Source of the DNA: Squalus acanthias | Taxonomy: Eukaryota | Length of the DNA stretch: 64,000 nt | Assembly (NCBI GenBank): GCA_030390025.1 | Contig: CM059431.1 | Location: 130,326,001-130,390,000 of the forward strand | Reading direction: 5' to 3' | In this document: positions 10,786-24,387 of the stretch, one piece after another | Layout of the letters: each line of letters starts with the position of its first letter | How positions within the stretch are numbered: position 1 is the stretch's first letter | Made by a program: the position numbers and the translations under genes | The notes under the pieces: model-generated | Told to the model about the DNA's origin: nothing | Seen by the model: only the letters and a program-made list of their open reading frames with translations | Databases searched by the model: none

Positions 10786-13194
10786 GTCAGTGAGAATTGC
10801 CCATTGGATATCAATGAAGCCCTTAAAATGCTATAGGTTTGGGCCACGGGTGAGACAGCTCCTTCTATCAGCTCCATCCATGCTACTCTGGCACTGCTTT
10901 TTATTGCAGAGTTGTCCTCATCTTCAAAAAGAGTCACATTCTCTGAAGATATGCTGCAGCAGGACCCCCAAAGCAGTATCAGTGAATAGTGCAGCTTCCA
11001 CCCCCTTGTCAGCCTGCAGCCAATTTTCCATATTAGTTGCAGTACAGCTTTCAGGCTGACCAGCTCTTTTAAGAGCTACCAACAATGTTGTACAATACCT
11101 GTATGCTGTACGCGGAGTGGTGAATATTTGTTCTAATGAGTTGACCTTGTATTACAACGCAAGGTCAGCAAGCACAGGCATACACGGCTATACTGTTGTT
11201 GCACCGGGATCGCATTATCTGCCACATCGTGCATGTACTGTCAGATTTGCCTGGATTGGGGCGCGGAGGGTGTGTTCTGTATCAAATGGTGAAGGAGAAT
11301 GTTGATGAAGACTACTTCCTTCATTTCGTGGAAATTACTTTCTTGGGATTGTCAAAGCGTGATCCTAAACGGAAATTTTGACACCTGGCCCAAAATTTCC
11401 TCGGAACCCTCCCTGATCCGCCACCATAACATCACCGGAAGAGCAGTTTACGTGTGCAAACGGGATTTCCGCTGCACTTCGGCAGAACAGCGCCAAGTAA
11501 ATTCAAGGTCAATGTTATCACAAAAAAAACTTCAAACTCTGAATTGGTTTACATAATGGTGCAATGCAGATTTTGATTACACCTTACATACAGAGCATAC
11601 AGTGATGCACTGGATCCGCTGGCATGTTTGCACATATATGTATAGTAGCATTACAAGTTTCAGGATCAGAGTTCTGTTGGCATTAGCCTTAGGCATAAAG
11701 TTGGGAAAAATACAAGAAGAGTTGGGCTACAACCACCACATGCAGTAAAATTCAGGAGCATCAGCTCACACCAATACACCAAATATAGTGCATTATGTGA
11801 ACAAGCTCCAGAGATTTCATCTACCCCGTGCTATACCTGACCTATGAGTGCTTGATAACTTGATGCTGGTTGACAAAAATAGCATTCTATTTCCCAGCAC
11901 ATGTATTCTTTTCCTCATTGAGGCCCTCCCCTTAAAAAAAACAATATGCTAAAAGTAATGATTCGGAAAGTAGATCAAACTTTCTGTCCAATTAAATTGC
12001 TGTTATTTAAAGCGCTGTTACTGGAAGTATAGCAATTTTTTTCTAAACTATTCTTTAGAAACTAGCTTATGATGAGATTTGCTACTGATTTAGCTCATTG
12101 CATGTCACAGAATCATTAGCTATAATTAATGATCATTTTGGAGAAGGAAAGGGCAATTAATGTTCAGTTAATGTAGGCTCATGTGTCATCGGTTTTCCTG
12201 TCATATACATCATGCATGGAGGAAAGTAGTTATCATCTACCTGCTGTTTGCCAAGACTTAGCAGTGCTGACAGCTATTAAATCGCGATAATGGAAGTCTG
12301 TAAAAAAACCATTAACAGCTTAATTTTCTCCTCATGGCCATCCAACCACATGCAAATTCATTTGTCATCTGGGAGAAGTTGATTTATTAATCTATTGGCA
12401 TTTCCAACTGTTACATTAATTAGGAAAAGCTAAAAGCAATTCCTAGCTTCCAAAAAGTTAGCAATTTTGTTTCTTACACTGGCAGTTGAAAATTGATTTA
12501 CTCTAACTTATGATTGGGTCTGAGGCTGCTGTTATGTGTGACTTGACTGGTTGAATTTTTAGTTGTTTCATTACAGGCATGTTGCTAGTTAAAGTCCAAA
12601 ATATGTAAGATCTTTACAGACCCAAATGGCTATCAATTTTTTTTGGGTCAATTTTCTCCAATAATTCAATATTAGTCATTGTTATAGTAGCCACATAGAC
12701 CCATGATATCATTGGGGCTCAATAGGGAAATGTGTTAATCTCATTGTTAACACTAATACTAATAATAAACTCCAAAGTATGTTTTCTTAAAAAGGAAAGA
12801 AACAGAAATTCTTCAACAAATTGCCCATCTTTTAAAGTAACCAGAGTCAGAACAAAAACAGATCATTTGCCTCAGTACCTGGATCATAACTGAACAGAGG
12901 TTTCAACCGAGTGACTTGATATGAGGCTGTTATGGTTAATTAGTTAAACAGTCAAATCCGGAGTAATTTGATTACTTTAAAATTGGAAGTGAATAAAAAT
13001 TGGTTGACGACTTGCAGGTGCAAAATGCAGGTCTTTATCCTGAATTCAACTTTGGAGATCTGAATTTTCACTCTCCTTCCAGCTGAATCAGAGCAAGAGG
13101 TGCAGATTAACCCAAAGGTTCATTTCTACCTTGTTTCAGCCAATAACCTCAATGCATTGGCTGCCGTTATCACTGAGAATGGATAAATAAAAGG

Positions 13195-13320
13195 AAAACA
13201 AAAACTGAAAATGTTGGAAATTGGAAATAGAGACAGAAAATCATTAGCACATTTGTCTGCATCTATAAAGAGAAAGGATAGGTTAATGTTTCTGGTGTAT
13301 ACGCCTCACCAGAACCCAAA
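13195..13320 (-). mobile_element. Highly decayed PLE-type terminal fragment
   Basis: aaaatgttggaaat...acagaaaat...gttaatgtttctgg...caccagaac resembles 6660-6790. Confidence 0.5.
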
Positions 13321-13648
13321 ACATAGATCTGCTCCTACTGCAGAAATCAGAATTGAAGTTTAAGTTGTGACATTTCTGCTAACCATTTCTGCTGTTCCAG
13401 TTATTGATGCCACATTGCTATTCAGATTTATTTCTCCACCAAGCAGTACCACAATGTGAACTTCAATCATGCAGCAACAAAGCCAGAGCTAAAACAACAG
13501 AAAGCAAGACAATTTGATATCTTCAAAAAGTTACTGTGGATGAGCGGAAAAACTCCTGCGAAAATCACATCTAACAAATAGTGGTTAATGGATGTCTTTT
13601 GGTGTGGAGAGATGTAAACAGTGGCACCCACAGGTATCTAGACTCATT

Positions 13649-14424
13649 GGCCTGGAATTTGCAGTGATTAATGATGGCGAACTACCAGCGTTTGCCATTA
13701 TTACCCCTCTGAAACAGATCGCAACTTCAGGATTTAGCGCATGCGCATCTAAACGGGGAAATCTTGAAGTTGCGGTCAGTCATTCACTGCTCCGACACTG
13801 GCTGCACTGTGGACACCGCCACCCACCCACCCCCCCCAACCTTGCACATTCGGCAATCAGTGTAATCACTGAAATCAGTGAAACTGATGAAAACTTGGGC
13901 TTTTCTGCAGTAATATTGCTGTTAAATACCCCATTAAATACTACACCTTGTTGGAATAGGTGTAACTGGGGTTTTAACAGCGAATTGACTGCCAAACAAA
14001 TGTTCTGGCCCTGAAAAACTAATTTTTATATTTGTGGACTGTCAAATTTCTCCAGTATGATAAAAAAATTAAAATTTTTAAAAAACGTTAAAAAAAAATG
14101 CTAAGTTTGTTCACTATATTTCAGCTTCTACCTTATCCCCATGTGAGAGTCCCAATGTTTATTTCGCTCTCTATAACATTTTTAAAAAGTCTGGATACAA
14201 ACAGTTGCTCATTTCCTGTCTGTGAAAATTCTGCAATGTGATTGGCTGCTTGGACAGCTTGTTGACGTCACTGCAGCACCGCCATAGGACTTCCCATCTG
14301 CAATCAATTGAACGTCGAAAAAGGCAAACTTCTCGCCACAGAGATCGCAAGATGTCTGTGGGCAGCTTTTTTCGGGGCCAGTGGCGAGCACCTTTGCTTC
14401 TCCGCTTACCGTAAATTACGGGCC
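13649..14424. mobile_element. Harbinger-type MITE
   Basis: Termini ggcctggaattt...aaattacgggcc with ATT on both sides; related to 34079-34690. Confidence 0.8.
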
Positions 14425-14429
14425 ATTGT

Positions 14430-15900
14430 TTTTCTCAATATAGATATAAATGACCTGGACTTGAGTATAAGAAGCACAATATCAACATTTGAAAATAGCA
14501 TAACATAGGGAACTGTGAAGAGAATTGTAAGTACTTATGGAGGACATAGACAGATTAGTTAGATAAATGTCAGATGAAATTTAATATGAAAAATGTGAGG
14601 TGATTCACCTTGGGAGGAAAAATAGGAGAAAAAATATGCACCAAATTTTAAAACTTTAAAAGAAATAGAAGAACAGAGAGACTTGGGTCGCAATATTTAC
14701 TCGGGGCCATGAGGAGAACGGGAGGGGATCTCTGGACGTGAAACTTGGAAGTAAAGGTTTCCCGGACGTCCTGCAAAATTTAACTGCAGGACGTCTTTTA
14801 AATTTTTTTCAGTAGGTTGCCCGCCCGACAGGCAGCCAGCCTGTCAATCAGTCAGGCAGAAAACCTATCAAGGAGCTGATTCCAGGTAAGTGGGGGGAGT
14901 CGGAGATCGTTGGTGGGGGGGTGGAGATTGTAGGGGGTGGGGGTTGAAGGTCACGGGTGAGTGGGGGTCGGAGGTCGGGAGAAACACACCTGCTCCTCCT
15001 GGCTCACTAGCAGTGTTGTAAATGCATTTACCTTATAGATCCAGCCTTCTCACCTCCTTTTACCTGCTGGGATTCCCGAGGCCCGGGAAACCCAGCTGAC
15101 ATTCGTTAAAAAGAAAAAAACTGTTAAAATGAAGATACGCAGCCTCCTTAAAAGATTTCAGTGACCGACCCGCCTCCTGATAGCGGATTGGTCACCCGAC
15201 CCACCTCCATTAAAAAAAGTGGGCGTGGGCTGGGGTCGGGTTTGAAATTTTAAAATGTCTTACTTCCCACCTGACCCAAACGCTTGTTCTTGTGGGTTAA
15301 AATTACCCCCTTGGGAGGAAATTTGATAAAGCTGTGAATACGTACATAGCATAAACTATGTTTTAGAAAAATCTACACCGGGTACAAAAGCAAACAGCTG
15401 GTGGTAAATCTATGGTAATCATTGGTTAGGCTGTAGTTAGAATATTAGGGCACCTTATTTAAGAAAGGATGTCAAGGCCGTGGAGATGGTGCAAAAGAGA
15501 TTTATTAAGATAATTTCGAGCACAAGAGGCTTTAGTTATGAGGGGAGACTACAGTAACTGGGACTCTATAGAATGGTAAAAAGAGTAGTAGAAATCCAAT
15601 AGAAGTGTTCAAATCAAGGGTGATGAAAGACTATTTCCGCAGGTTGATGAGTCGGTAATTAGAGGGCATCAATATAAGATCATCAGAGGAACAAAGGGAG
15701 AATTGTTTTTACACAGATAGCTGTTTGGCCTTGGAATGCTTTATCGGAAACATTGGTGGAAATAGAGTACATAATAGTTTTTAAAAGTGAACTGGATAAA
15801 TATTTGCGAAAGAAAAAGTTAAAATGGTATGGGAAAGGACAGCGGAATGGAACTTAATAAATGGCTCTTTCAGAGAGCTGGCACCGCCTTCTTCCCTGCT
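14430..15900 (+). mobile_element. Old CR1 3' region interrupted by a MITE (~14685-15310)
   Basis: Degenerate RT C-terminal sequence (atataaatgacctggac..., aaatgtgaggtgattcac). The insert ends gggttaaaattaccccc and resembles 32594-33508. Confidence 0.75.
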
Positions 15901-15929
15901 GCAAAGTTCTATAAATGCCTATCTTCATT

Positions 15930-16250
15930 CCTCAGGTTGATGCTGAGCTGGTTGATCTCAGCTGGAGGGGGATGATAAGTACATTGCAATTGGTCTTAGC
16001 ACCCATCCCTTGGATAAAGCGTAGAAAAAATTGTCACATTGTCACACCTGATTGTTGTCCAGTGACCTAACAGAGAGTCTAGATGAAGATGGATTTGGAA
16101 GAAAAGTTCCTAACAGTTGAATAGTTGTCAAGACACACTGTTTGGCTCATGAGTGAAGAATCTTCACTTGGGCAAGTTATTAGAAGGCTGCAAGGGCTTG
16201 TGAAAGTTTGCCTCAGCATGCTGCGGCCTTCAGGATTGGAGGGGGGAAAT
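15930..16250 (+). mobile_element. Ancient SINE fragment (AmnSINE2-like from memory, unverified)
   Basis: The core gctgagctggttgatctcagctgg...caattggtct is shared with 39588-39800 and 26905-27045. Confidence 0.55.
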
Positions 16251-16344
16251 GTGGGGGTGGGGAGAGGAAATAATGAAATCCAAGTGCCTAATTTCAGTTA
16301 GTTGACAGGTTATGATGATCACTGTGGATTAGAGTACATTAAAT

Positions 16345-16870
16345 GGGGTTTATTTTATCTCCCAGGCAGGAACGCAGCCAAGTGAGTGGCCGACCCATCC
16401 TGGAACGGTAGCAGAGAGGCTCGGTCGATTGTAATGATCGGGCCTCATTAGCATGCCGCTTGTCTATTTCCCAGCCAAAAGGGCCGGAGGCCGCTGACAA
16501 GGTCCTGTGGGAATGGACCCCTGCTCCTCCTGGCCCACAAGGAAATTTTAAAAAGATTTTAAGAATGCACCATGCTGGGCCACTTCTGGCCTTGGCTCCT
16601 GTTCCTTGCAGGTTTGGCCTAGCGGGGAAGCCATCACTGCTCCTCCATTCAGGTCTCAGGTTAAAATAGCAGATATGGGCATAATGGCATCATAAGAGCC
16701 CAATCTGCATATTTAAAGAGGAACCCGCCGGCTTGGGGTGGCTGCCCTTGCCGTCTGCCATTTAAAATGCAGTTGGCCAGATCGTGGCGGGAGTAGAGTG
16801 GGTAAGTCTGCCGCTTTACTGCCCCCTTGCCTGGTTTCGGCTGGGTAGGGGGGTTGTTTCAAACTCCCTC
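16345..16870. mobile_element. Decayed Harbinger-type MITE
   Basis: GC-rich island starting ggggtttattttat; shares cctgctcctcctggcccacaag-like sequence with ~14990 and ~40475. Confidence 0.55.
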
Positions 16871-17169
16871 CGATGTGTCTGTAGCCAGTAAAAGGCACCG
16901 GGCACCAGAAATACTTACCCTATTGAGGATTTGATTTTCCTCTTTCAATTTCAAGAAGGATGACCATGTTGCCTTTTGTTCTCAGTATGAAGTGCACACA
17001 TGCTACACTAATCAGAGAAGAGAACTGCCTGGTCCCATATGTGTATTTTGTTTAAAAGTGTTCTTATTGACATGACTGTGGATGTAGTGCTGTGTGGAAT
17101 TCATAATACTGTGTAAATTTTCTACAGATTTCTGTTGACCTTGGTCCAGATTTCACATCTACACAAAGT

Positions 17170-17960
17170 GATTGGTCAAGAAGGTAGCAGATGGAGTATA
17201 ATGAGGGGAAATGTGAAATTATCCACTTTGGTAGGAAGAATAGAAAAACAATATTTTTTAAAAGGTGAGAGACGAGTAAATGTTGGTATTAAGAGGGATT
17301 TGGGTGTTCTTCTACACAAACCACAGAAAGTTAACATGCATGTACAGCAAGCCATTAGGAAGGCAAATGGTTTGTTGACCTTTATTGATAAGGGGTTGGA
17401 CTATAAGAGTAAGGAGGTCTTGCTGTAATTATATAGGGCTTTGGTGAGACCACACCTGGAGTACTGTGTACAGTTTTGGTCTCCTTACGTAAGTAAGCAT
17501 ATACTTGCCTTAGAAGGGGTACAGCGAAGGTTCACTAGATTGATTCCTGGGATGAGAGGGCTGTCCTATGAGGAGAGATTGAGTAGAATGGGCCAGTATT
17601 CTCTGGAGTTTTGAGAATGAGAAGTGATCTCATTGAAACAGATAAAATTCTTAGAGGGCTTAACAGGGTTGATGTTGAGAGGCTGTTTCCCCTGGCAGGA
17701 GACTGAGATGAGGAGTAATTTCTTCACTCAGAGGGTTGTGAATCTTTGGAATTCTCTACCCCAGAGAGCTGTGGATGCTCAGTCGTTGAGTATATTCAAG
17801 ACTGAGATCGATAGATTTTTGGGCACTCTGGGAATCAAGGGATATGGGGATAGGGTGGGAAAGCGGAGTTGATGTAGAAGATCAGCCATGATCGTATTGA
17901 ATGACTGAGCAGGCTTGAGGGGCCGTACGGACTACTCCTGCTCCTAATTCTTATGTTCTT
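17170..17960 (+). mobile_element. CR1 3' fragment with tail
   Basis: KRDLGVLLHKPQKVNMHVQQAIRKANG and FFTQRVVNLWNSLP; ends ttcttatgttctt. Confidence 0.92.
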
Positions 17961-18909
17961 AACCAAAGAGCTAAGTGCTTCCAAAGCAGAAATAATACTG
18001 ATGTATTTTTTAAAAGTAGCTGTTTCCATCTTATACTCTCTCTACTCTTCGTTCTTTTATGCCTTGCTCTTTCTCCAGCTATCTACATAGAATTACATAG
18101 AATATACAGCACAGAAACAGGCCATTCGGCCCAACCAATCCATGCCAGCGTTTATGTTCCACTTAAGCCTCCTCCCAACCTTCGTCATCTAACTCTGTAG
18201 CATAACTCTCATATGCTTATCTAGCCTCCCCTTAAATGCATCTGTACTATTTGCCTCAATCATTCCCTGTGGTAGCGAGTTCCACCACTCTCTGGGTAAA
18301 GAAGTTTCATCTGAATTTCCTATTTGATTTCTTGGTGACTATCTTATATTGATGGCCTCTAGTTTTGCTCTTCCCCACAAGTAGAAACACTCTCTCTGTA
18401 TCTACTCTATCAAAACCTTTCATAATTTTAAAGACCTCTATTAGGTCACCCCTCACCCTTCTCTTTTCAAGAGAAAAGAGACTGAGCCTGATCGGTATAA
18501 TCTCGCATTTCTGGTATCATCCTTGCAAATCTTTTTTGCACCCTCTCCAGTGCCTCTATATCCTTTTTATAATATGGTGACCAGAATTGTACGCAGTACT
18601 CCAAGTGTGGTCTAACCAAGGTTCTATACAAGTTCAGCATAATTTCTCTGCTTTTCAATTCTATCCCTCTCGAAATAAACCCTCGTGCTTGGTTTGCTTT
18701 TTTATGACCTTATTAACCTGTGTTGCTACTTTTAGTGATTTTTGTATTTGTACTCCCAGATCCCTTTGCTCCTCTACCCCATTTAGATTCATATTTTCCA
18801 AGTAATATGTGACCTTCTTATTTTCTTACCAAAATGTAACACCTCAACTTATCTATAGAGAAATTAATTTGCCAATAATATGCCCATTCTGCAAGTTTAT
18901 TAATGTCTT

Positions 18910-21900
18910 TTTGCTGCTTTCTGCCTACACGACTTGTAGTGCTTTGTGTTACAGGTAGATATTTAATTTCAGTACCCATAACTTAATCTAGATCAATTAA
19001 GTATTCAAGAAACTACACTGTTATCTAAGTTACCTAATTACAAATTTAATTAAATTTAATGAAATAAAACAAGGTCATATAGGGAGGCAGTGCAGGTGGT
19101 GTGCCGCAACTGCAGCATGTGGGAGTTTGTGGAGAGCATTGTGATCCCGGACAACCACGTTTGCAGTAAGTGCCTGCATCTTGAGGAACTTCAGCTCAGA
19201 GTTTTTGAGCTGGAGTCTGAGGTGCAGACATTGTGGGGCATCAGGGATGGGGAGAGTTACCTGCACACTTTGATCCAGGAGGCAGTCACACCCCTTAGGT
19301 AAGGTAGTGGTACAGGTCTGGTTGGTGGTCAGGGACACGAGGGTGTGACTGCAACTCAGGCAGGTAAGGGGATCCCAGGTGCAGTGCTGGAGGAGCCTCA
19401 GCCTTTGCCCTTGTCCAACAGTTATGAGGTTCTTGCTGCCTGTGTGGATGAGGGAAAAGCCTGCAGGATGGATGAGCAAGCTGACCATGGCACCATGGTG
19501 CAGGAAGCCATTCAGGTGGGAGGAGTGAAAGGGAATGTAGTTGTGGTAGGGGACCGTATAGTCAGGGGGATAGATACTGTTCTCTGCAGCCGCGACCGAG
19601 AGTTCCGAAAGTTGTGTTGCCTACCCGGTGCCAGGGTTAAAGACATCTCCTCACAGCTGGAGAGAACTCGAGTGGGAGGGGGAGGATCCCGTTGTCGTGG
19701 TCACGTAGGAACCAACGACATAGGTAGAACTAGGAATGAGGTTCTGCTGAGGGAGTTTGAGAAGCTAGGATCCAAATTAAAAAGGAGAACCTCAAAGGTA
19801 ATAATCTCTGGATTGTTACCTGAGTCATGAGCAAATTGGCATAGGGACAAACAGATTAGAGGTTTAAATGCATGGCTCAAAGAGTGGTGTGGGAGGAAGG
19901 AGTTTCAGTTCATGGGGCACTGGCACCAGTACTGGGGAACGAGAGGGCTGTTCTGTTGGGACGGACTCCACTTAAACTGGGCTGGGGCCAGTGTCCTGGC
20001 GAACCAAATAACTAGGGCAGTAGACAGGGCTTTAAACTAATGAAAGGGGGGTGGGAGGATTCTTGAAAGAGTAAATTTAAAAAACAGTGAGAGAAATGTC
20101 AAGGCTCTAGAGCAGAGTAGAGTTTTGGGTAAAAATAAGCAGAGTAGGTCAGGAAGGTACAGAGAGAGTAACAAAGGTACAGGAACTCTTTCGTATCCGG
20201 CACCGACGGGACCGGGATGGTGCCGGTTGATTAAAAATTCCGGATAACGGAGAGGTATATCTACCGAGGCTATTTTTAACAAACAAAAATAAAAAAATCA
20301 AGAAATGTGCAGTATAATTGGGTACTCCCCTACAGAATGTTGTGTTAAATGGATGGTGGAAGATGCTTGATTAAGTACAGTAATGCCAGTTGAGGGTAAT
20401 CCATAACTCTTTAATTACTTAACAGTAAAACAAAACTTATAAACGACTGTATACTGTAGTTTTCGGAGTATGAATTCTGCCGGTTATTAGAGAATTCTGG
20501 ACATTTAGGTGCCGTTTAAACGAGAGTTTCCTGTAATAAGGCATCAGTGACTAAGGTGACATCAGTGAAAAATAGAAATAAGTCGAAGCTAAAGGCACTA
20601 TATCTGAATGCGCGAAGCATTCGCAAAAAAATAGATGAATTAATAGCGCAGATAAAAATTAATAGGTTTGATCTAATAGCCATTATGGAGACATGGTTGC
20701 AATGTGGCCAAGGTTTGGAACTAAATATTCCAGAATACTTAACTTTTAGAAGAGATAGGCAAAATAGAAAAGGAGGAGGGGCAGCCCTGATAATAAAGGA
20801 TGGGATAAAGACAGTAGAGAGAAAGGATCTTACCTCCGAAAATCAAGAAGTAGAATCAGTTTGGGTGGAGCTAAGAAACAGCAAAGGGCAGAAAACATTG
20901 GTGGGAGTTGTTTATAGGCCCCCAAACAGTAGTTGTAATGTAGGGCAGAGTATAAATCAGGAAATTAGAGGCGCATGTAACAAGGGTAATACAGTAATCA
21001 TGGGGGACTTTAATCTACATATAGAATGGACATAGCAAATTTGCAGTAATAGTGTGGAGGACGAACTCATGGAATGTATGCAAGATAGTTTTCCAGATCA
21101 GTATGTTGAGGAACCAACTAGGGAACAGGCTATTTTAGATCTAGTATTGTGCAATGAGAAAGGGTTAATTAATAACCTTGTAGTAAAGGGGCCTTTAGGG
21201 AAGAGTGACCATGACATGATAGAATTTTATATTGAGTTTGAAAGTGATTTAGTTAAATCCGAAACTAGGGTCTTAAATCTAAACAAAGCAAACTACGTAG
21301 GTATTCAGAGGGTGTCCTTGTACACGAATCACTGAAAGTTAACATGCAGGTACAGCAAGCAATTAGGAAAGCAAATGGTATGTTGGCCTTTTTTACTAGA
21401 GGATTTGAGTATAACAGTAAAGACGTCTTAATGCAATTATATAGGGCCTTAGTGAGACTACATCTGGAGTATTGTGTGCAGTTTTGGTCTCCTTACCTAA
21501 GGAAGGATATACTTGCCATAGAGGGAGTGCAACGAAGGTTCACCAGACTAATTCCTGGGATAGGGGGATTGTCCTATGAAGAGAGATTGAGTAGACTCGG
21601 CCTATATTCTCTGGAGTTCAGAAGAATGAGAGGTGATCTCATTGAAACATACAAAATTTTTACAGGGCTTGACAGGGTAGATGCAGGGTGGATATTTCCC
21701 CTGGCTGGGGAGTCTATAACCAGGGGTTACAGTCTCAGAATAAGGGGTCGGCCATTTAGGACTGAGATGAGGAGAGATTTCTTTACTCAGAGGGTGGTGA
21801 ATCTTTGGAATTCTCTACCCCAGAGGGCTGTGGAGGCTTAGTCGATGAGTATATTCAAGACAGAGAGCAACAGATTTTTGGATATTAAGGGAATCAATGG

Positions 21901-22019
21901 ATATAGGGATAGTGCAGGAAAGTGGAGTTGAGGTAGAAGATCAGCCATGATCTTATTGAATGGCGGAGCAGGCTCAAAGGGCCAAATGGCCTACTGCTGC
22001 TCCTATTTCTTATGTTCTT
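18910..22019 (+). mobile_element. CR1 LINE keeping both ends but lacking the RT core
   Basis: ORF1 CxxC..CxxC plus heptad leucines (19090-19302), esterase (VVVGD, HVGTND), endonuclease (20547-21300), then a jump to the ORF2 C-terminus (21344-21841) and TTCTTATG tail; ATGTCTT at 18903-18909 and 22020-22026. Confidence 0.92.
20180..20533. mobile_element. Tc1/mariner-pogo (Tigger-like) MITE
   Basis: Imperfect TIRs caggaactctttcgtatccggcacc / ggtgccgtttaaacgagagtttcctg with TA on both sides; AT-rich interior. Confidence 0.85.
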
Positions 22020-22429
22020 ATGTCTTCTTGTAATTTGTTGCAGTCCTCCTCAGTATTGACTATTCTGTCCAATTTGGTGTCATCCGCAAATTTAGAAATT
22101 CTGGCCTAGAAATTGGATATGGCCCAAAAATGTGTGGTATCATGGCCCAGCGCTTTTTAGCTGCGCTGGGTCAAAGTGGTCTAGGTAGCATGCAAAATTC
22201 GTACTCAGTCCTCATTTACACGATTATAGTGCTGATCTCAGTGCTAAAACCGCTGCTCATTAGCTTACCACTCAAAAGGTGGGCCAATATCGGGTGCAGT
22301 CTAATTGCAAATCATGTTTGGCCTCGGCTTTCTCCACTACTTAACGGGAAGGTACTTTGATGCAGCAGCACCTCATTGCCATTGCATTTGGAGCTCCACT
22401 TGGAAGCAGAGCTGAATTACCAAGTGATA

Positions 22430-24186
22430 GCTGAGCGGCAGCAGAGGGAGAGCCTACACATTTCTCAGATTGGCTCTGGAGGCACTGGTGGTAGCCGTGG
22501 AGAGGAGGTGGACTGTCCTCTTCCCATAAACCGGTAGGAAGCCATCTGCCCATACGTCTAGAAGGCTCTGGCAGGAGATATTGGCCTACGTGACGACCAA
22601 CAGCGTGGTTCCCAGGTCCTGGATACAATGCCGCTAGAAGTTTAATGACATCACACATCCCACTGTCTGCACCACAAGCTTCACATACTGCTCAATGTAA
22701 CACACCCCCATCACTCACCTACAAACAATCCCTAGCAATCACCACTCAGACCTCACAATCATAGCTTCTTTTCACTCTCACAACCTTACCACTACTACAA
22801 CACTCACACCCACATCTCACACCTTGCACACACTGACACATCACCCAAACACATTGCACCACACTCACTGACACACTTCCCTTTCTCTTGCAGGCTAAAG
22901 TCGTGCACAATCGATGGGAGCAGTGGCAGACAAGCGGGGGGCAAGCAGCGATACAGGCCTTGAGCCAACTGTAGGAGAGTGTGCTCAACATCATTGGATG
23001 GGAAGTCACTGAGGCTGTGGCAACGGGCAAAGTTGAAGCCCTTGGGGACAACAGCGGTATGCTTATTCCTAATCCTTCTTCTCACATCCCACTTCCCCCT
23101 CATCCCACAATCTCTTCTCACTTACAACCTGCTGATGCTGTATGCATGGATTTTTGCTGTGCCTCCCTCCCCTTGCCTTTCTGCTTTCAGATAGCCAAGA
23201 ACAACCAGCCACAGTGCCTGTCCCTGAGGCGATGGAGGAGAGCGAGGGGGAGGAAGAAAACAAACTGTCACTGCAGCTGACACTTGCTGACACTAAATCA
23301 GAAACTGGCACTCTGCGGAATTTAGAGGGTAGTGTAGATGCGGGATCTGCACAGGGTGAGGCACCGGGCACGGGTGGACTGCAGCAAGGCCAGGGGGATA
23401 GAGTAGCTCGGGGGCCAGCTTCCCCAGAGGCCAAGTTCGCGCATGAGTTCTGCTGCACACGACTCAGATGAGGACCTCAATAAGGAGGCCTTCAGAAGAA
23501 GGGTGATGGGCATCGACACCGAATTGCTAGGTGAAATAGCAAGGCTGCCAGAGAGCTTTTTGGCAATGTCAAGGAGCATGGAGGAGTCCGCCTCCAATGT
23601 TGGCCAGAGCTTGGAGCCCATAATTTGAGGCTGGAAATGATGGACAACTCAAGGAGAGACCGTGTCGAACCAAACATGATGCTGCGTGTGATGGGCGATT
23701 TGACAGCTGCCATTCTCCTGTAGTCTCAGCTTGCTGCCACACAAGATCAGACTGCTGCCATCATGGCTGGGTTTATCACTGTCGAACGGGGTTTTCAGGG
23801 TGTCGCAGCTATTTAGCAATCTGTGCTCCAACAGATTGCTAAGAATGCTGAGGCGCCGTCCTGGGGGCGTGACAGTGGGTCTATGGAGCAGGAACTTGCT
23901 GTCCTCTCTCAGGATGACAGCATTCCTGTTCCCACCACGTGACTCTGCCATTGCCCTTATCACTGCCTGTCAGCCAGCCAGCCCAGACTGCTGCCGCCCA
24001 TGCCAAGATGGTTCAGTCTACAGCCAGGCCTTCTAGGTCCAGAGCTGCTCGAGGTCATCCTGCAAGGCCATCTGACGTCTCCTCACTGAAACTCAGCAGC
24101 CTTTCACCAGCCATGCTGCAACTACTGGGGAAGCACTTCGTAGAAGCACCAAAGCAGGAAAGGGCACCGAATGACAGGCACTAAGT
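22430..24186 (+). pseudogene. Harbinger Myb/SANT-like DNA-binding gene remnant, 3 exons
   Basis: Homologous to 41880-43530 and 54426-56300; acceptor ttctcttgcag at 22893, donor gtatgc at 23057, acceptor tttcag at 23190. Confidence 0.78.
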
Positions 24187-24387
24187 GAATGTTGATATTA
24201 GCTGATATTGTATTTGTGAATTAATTGGTGATAAATTTATTAATTTTGTTTAGAATCATTGTTTTGTGGTGGCTCTCATTTCAGCTTTGCGCCAAGGAGG
24301 TCACTGTGCTATTCCGTGACAGAGGGATGGTATGGTGTGGATGTGGTTGATGAGGATGTGGTGAGCAACGGGGATCTGGAATTACAT

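Noticed and set aside
10790..11381. Host exons in the unique sequence after the L2 (e.g. ORF 11196-11381)
   Set aside because: No recognisable protein, frames close quickly, and there is no convincing acceptor/donor pair.
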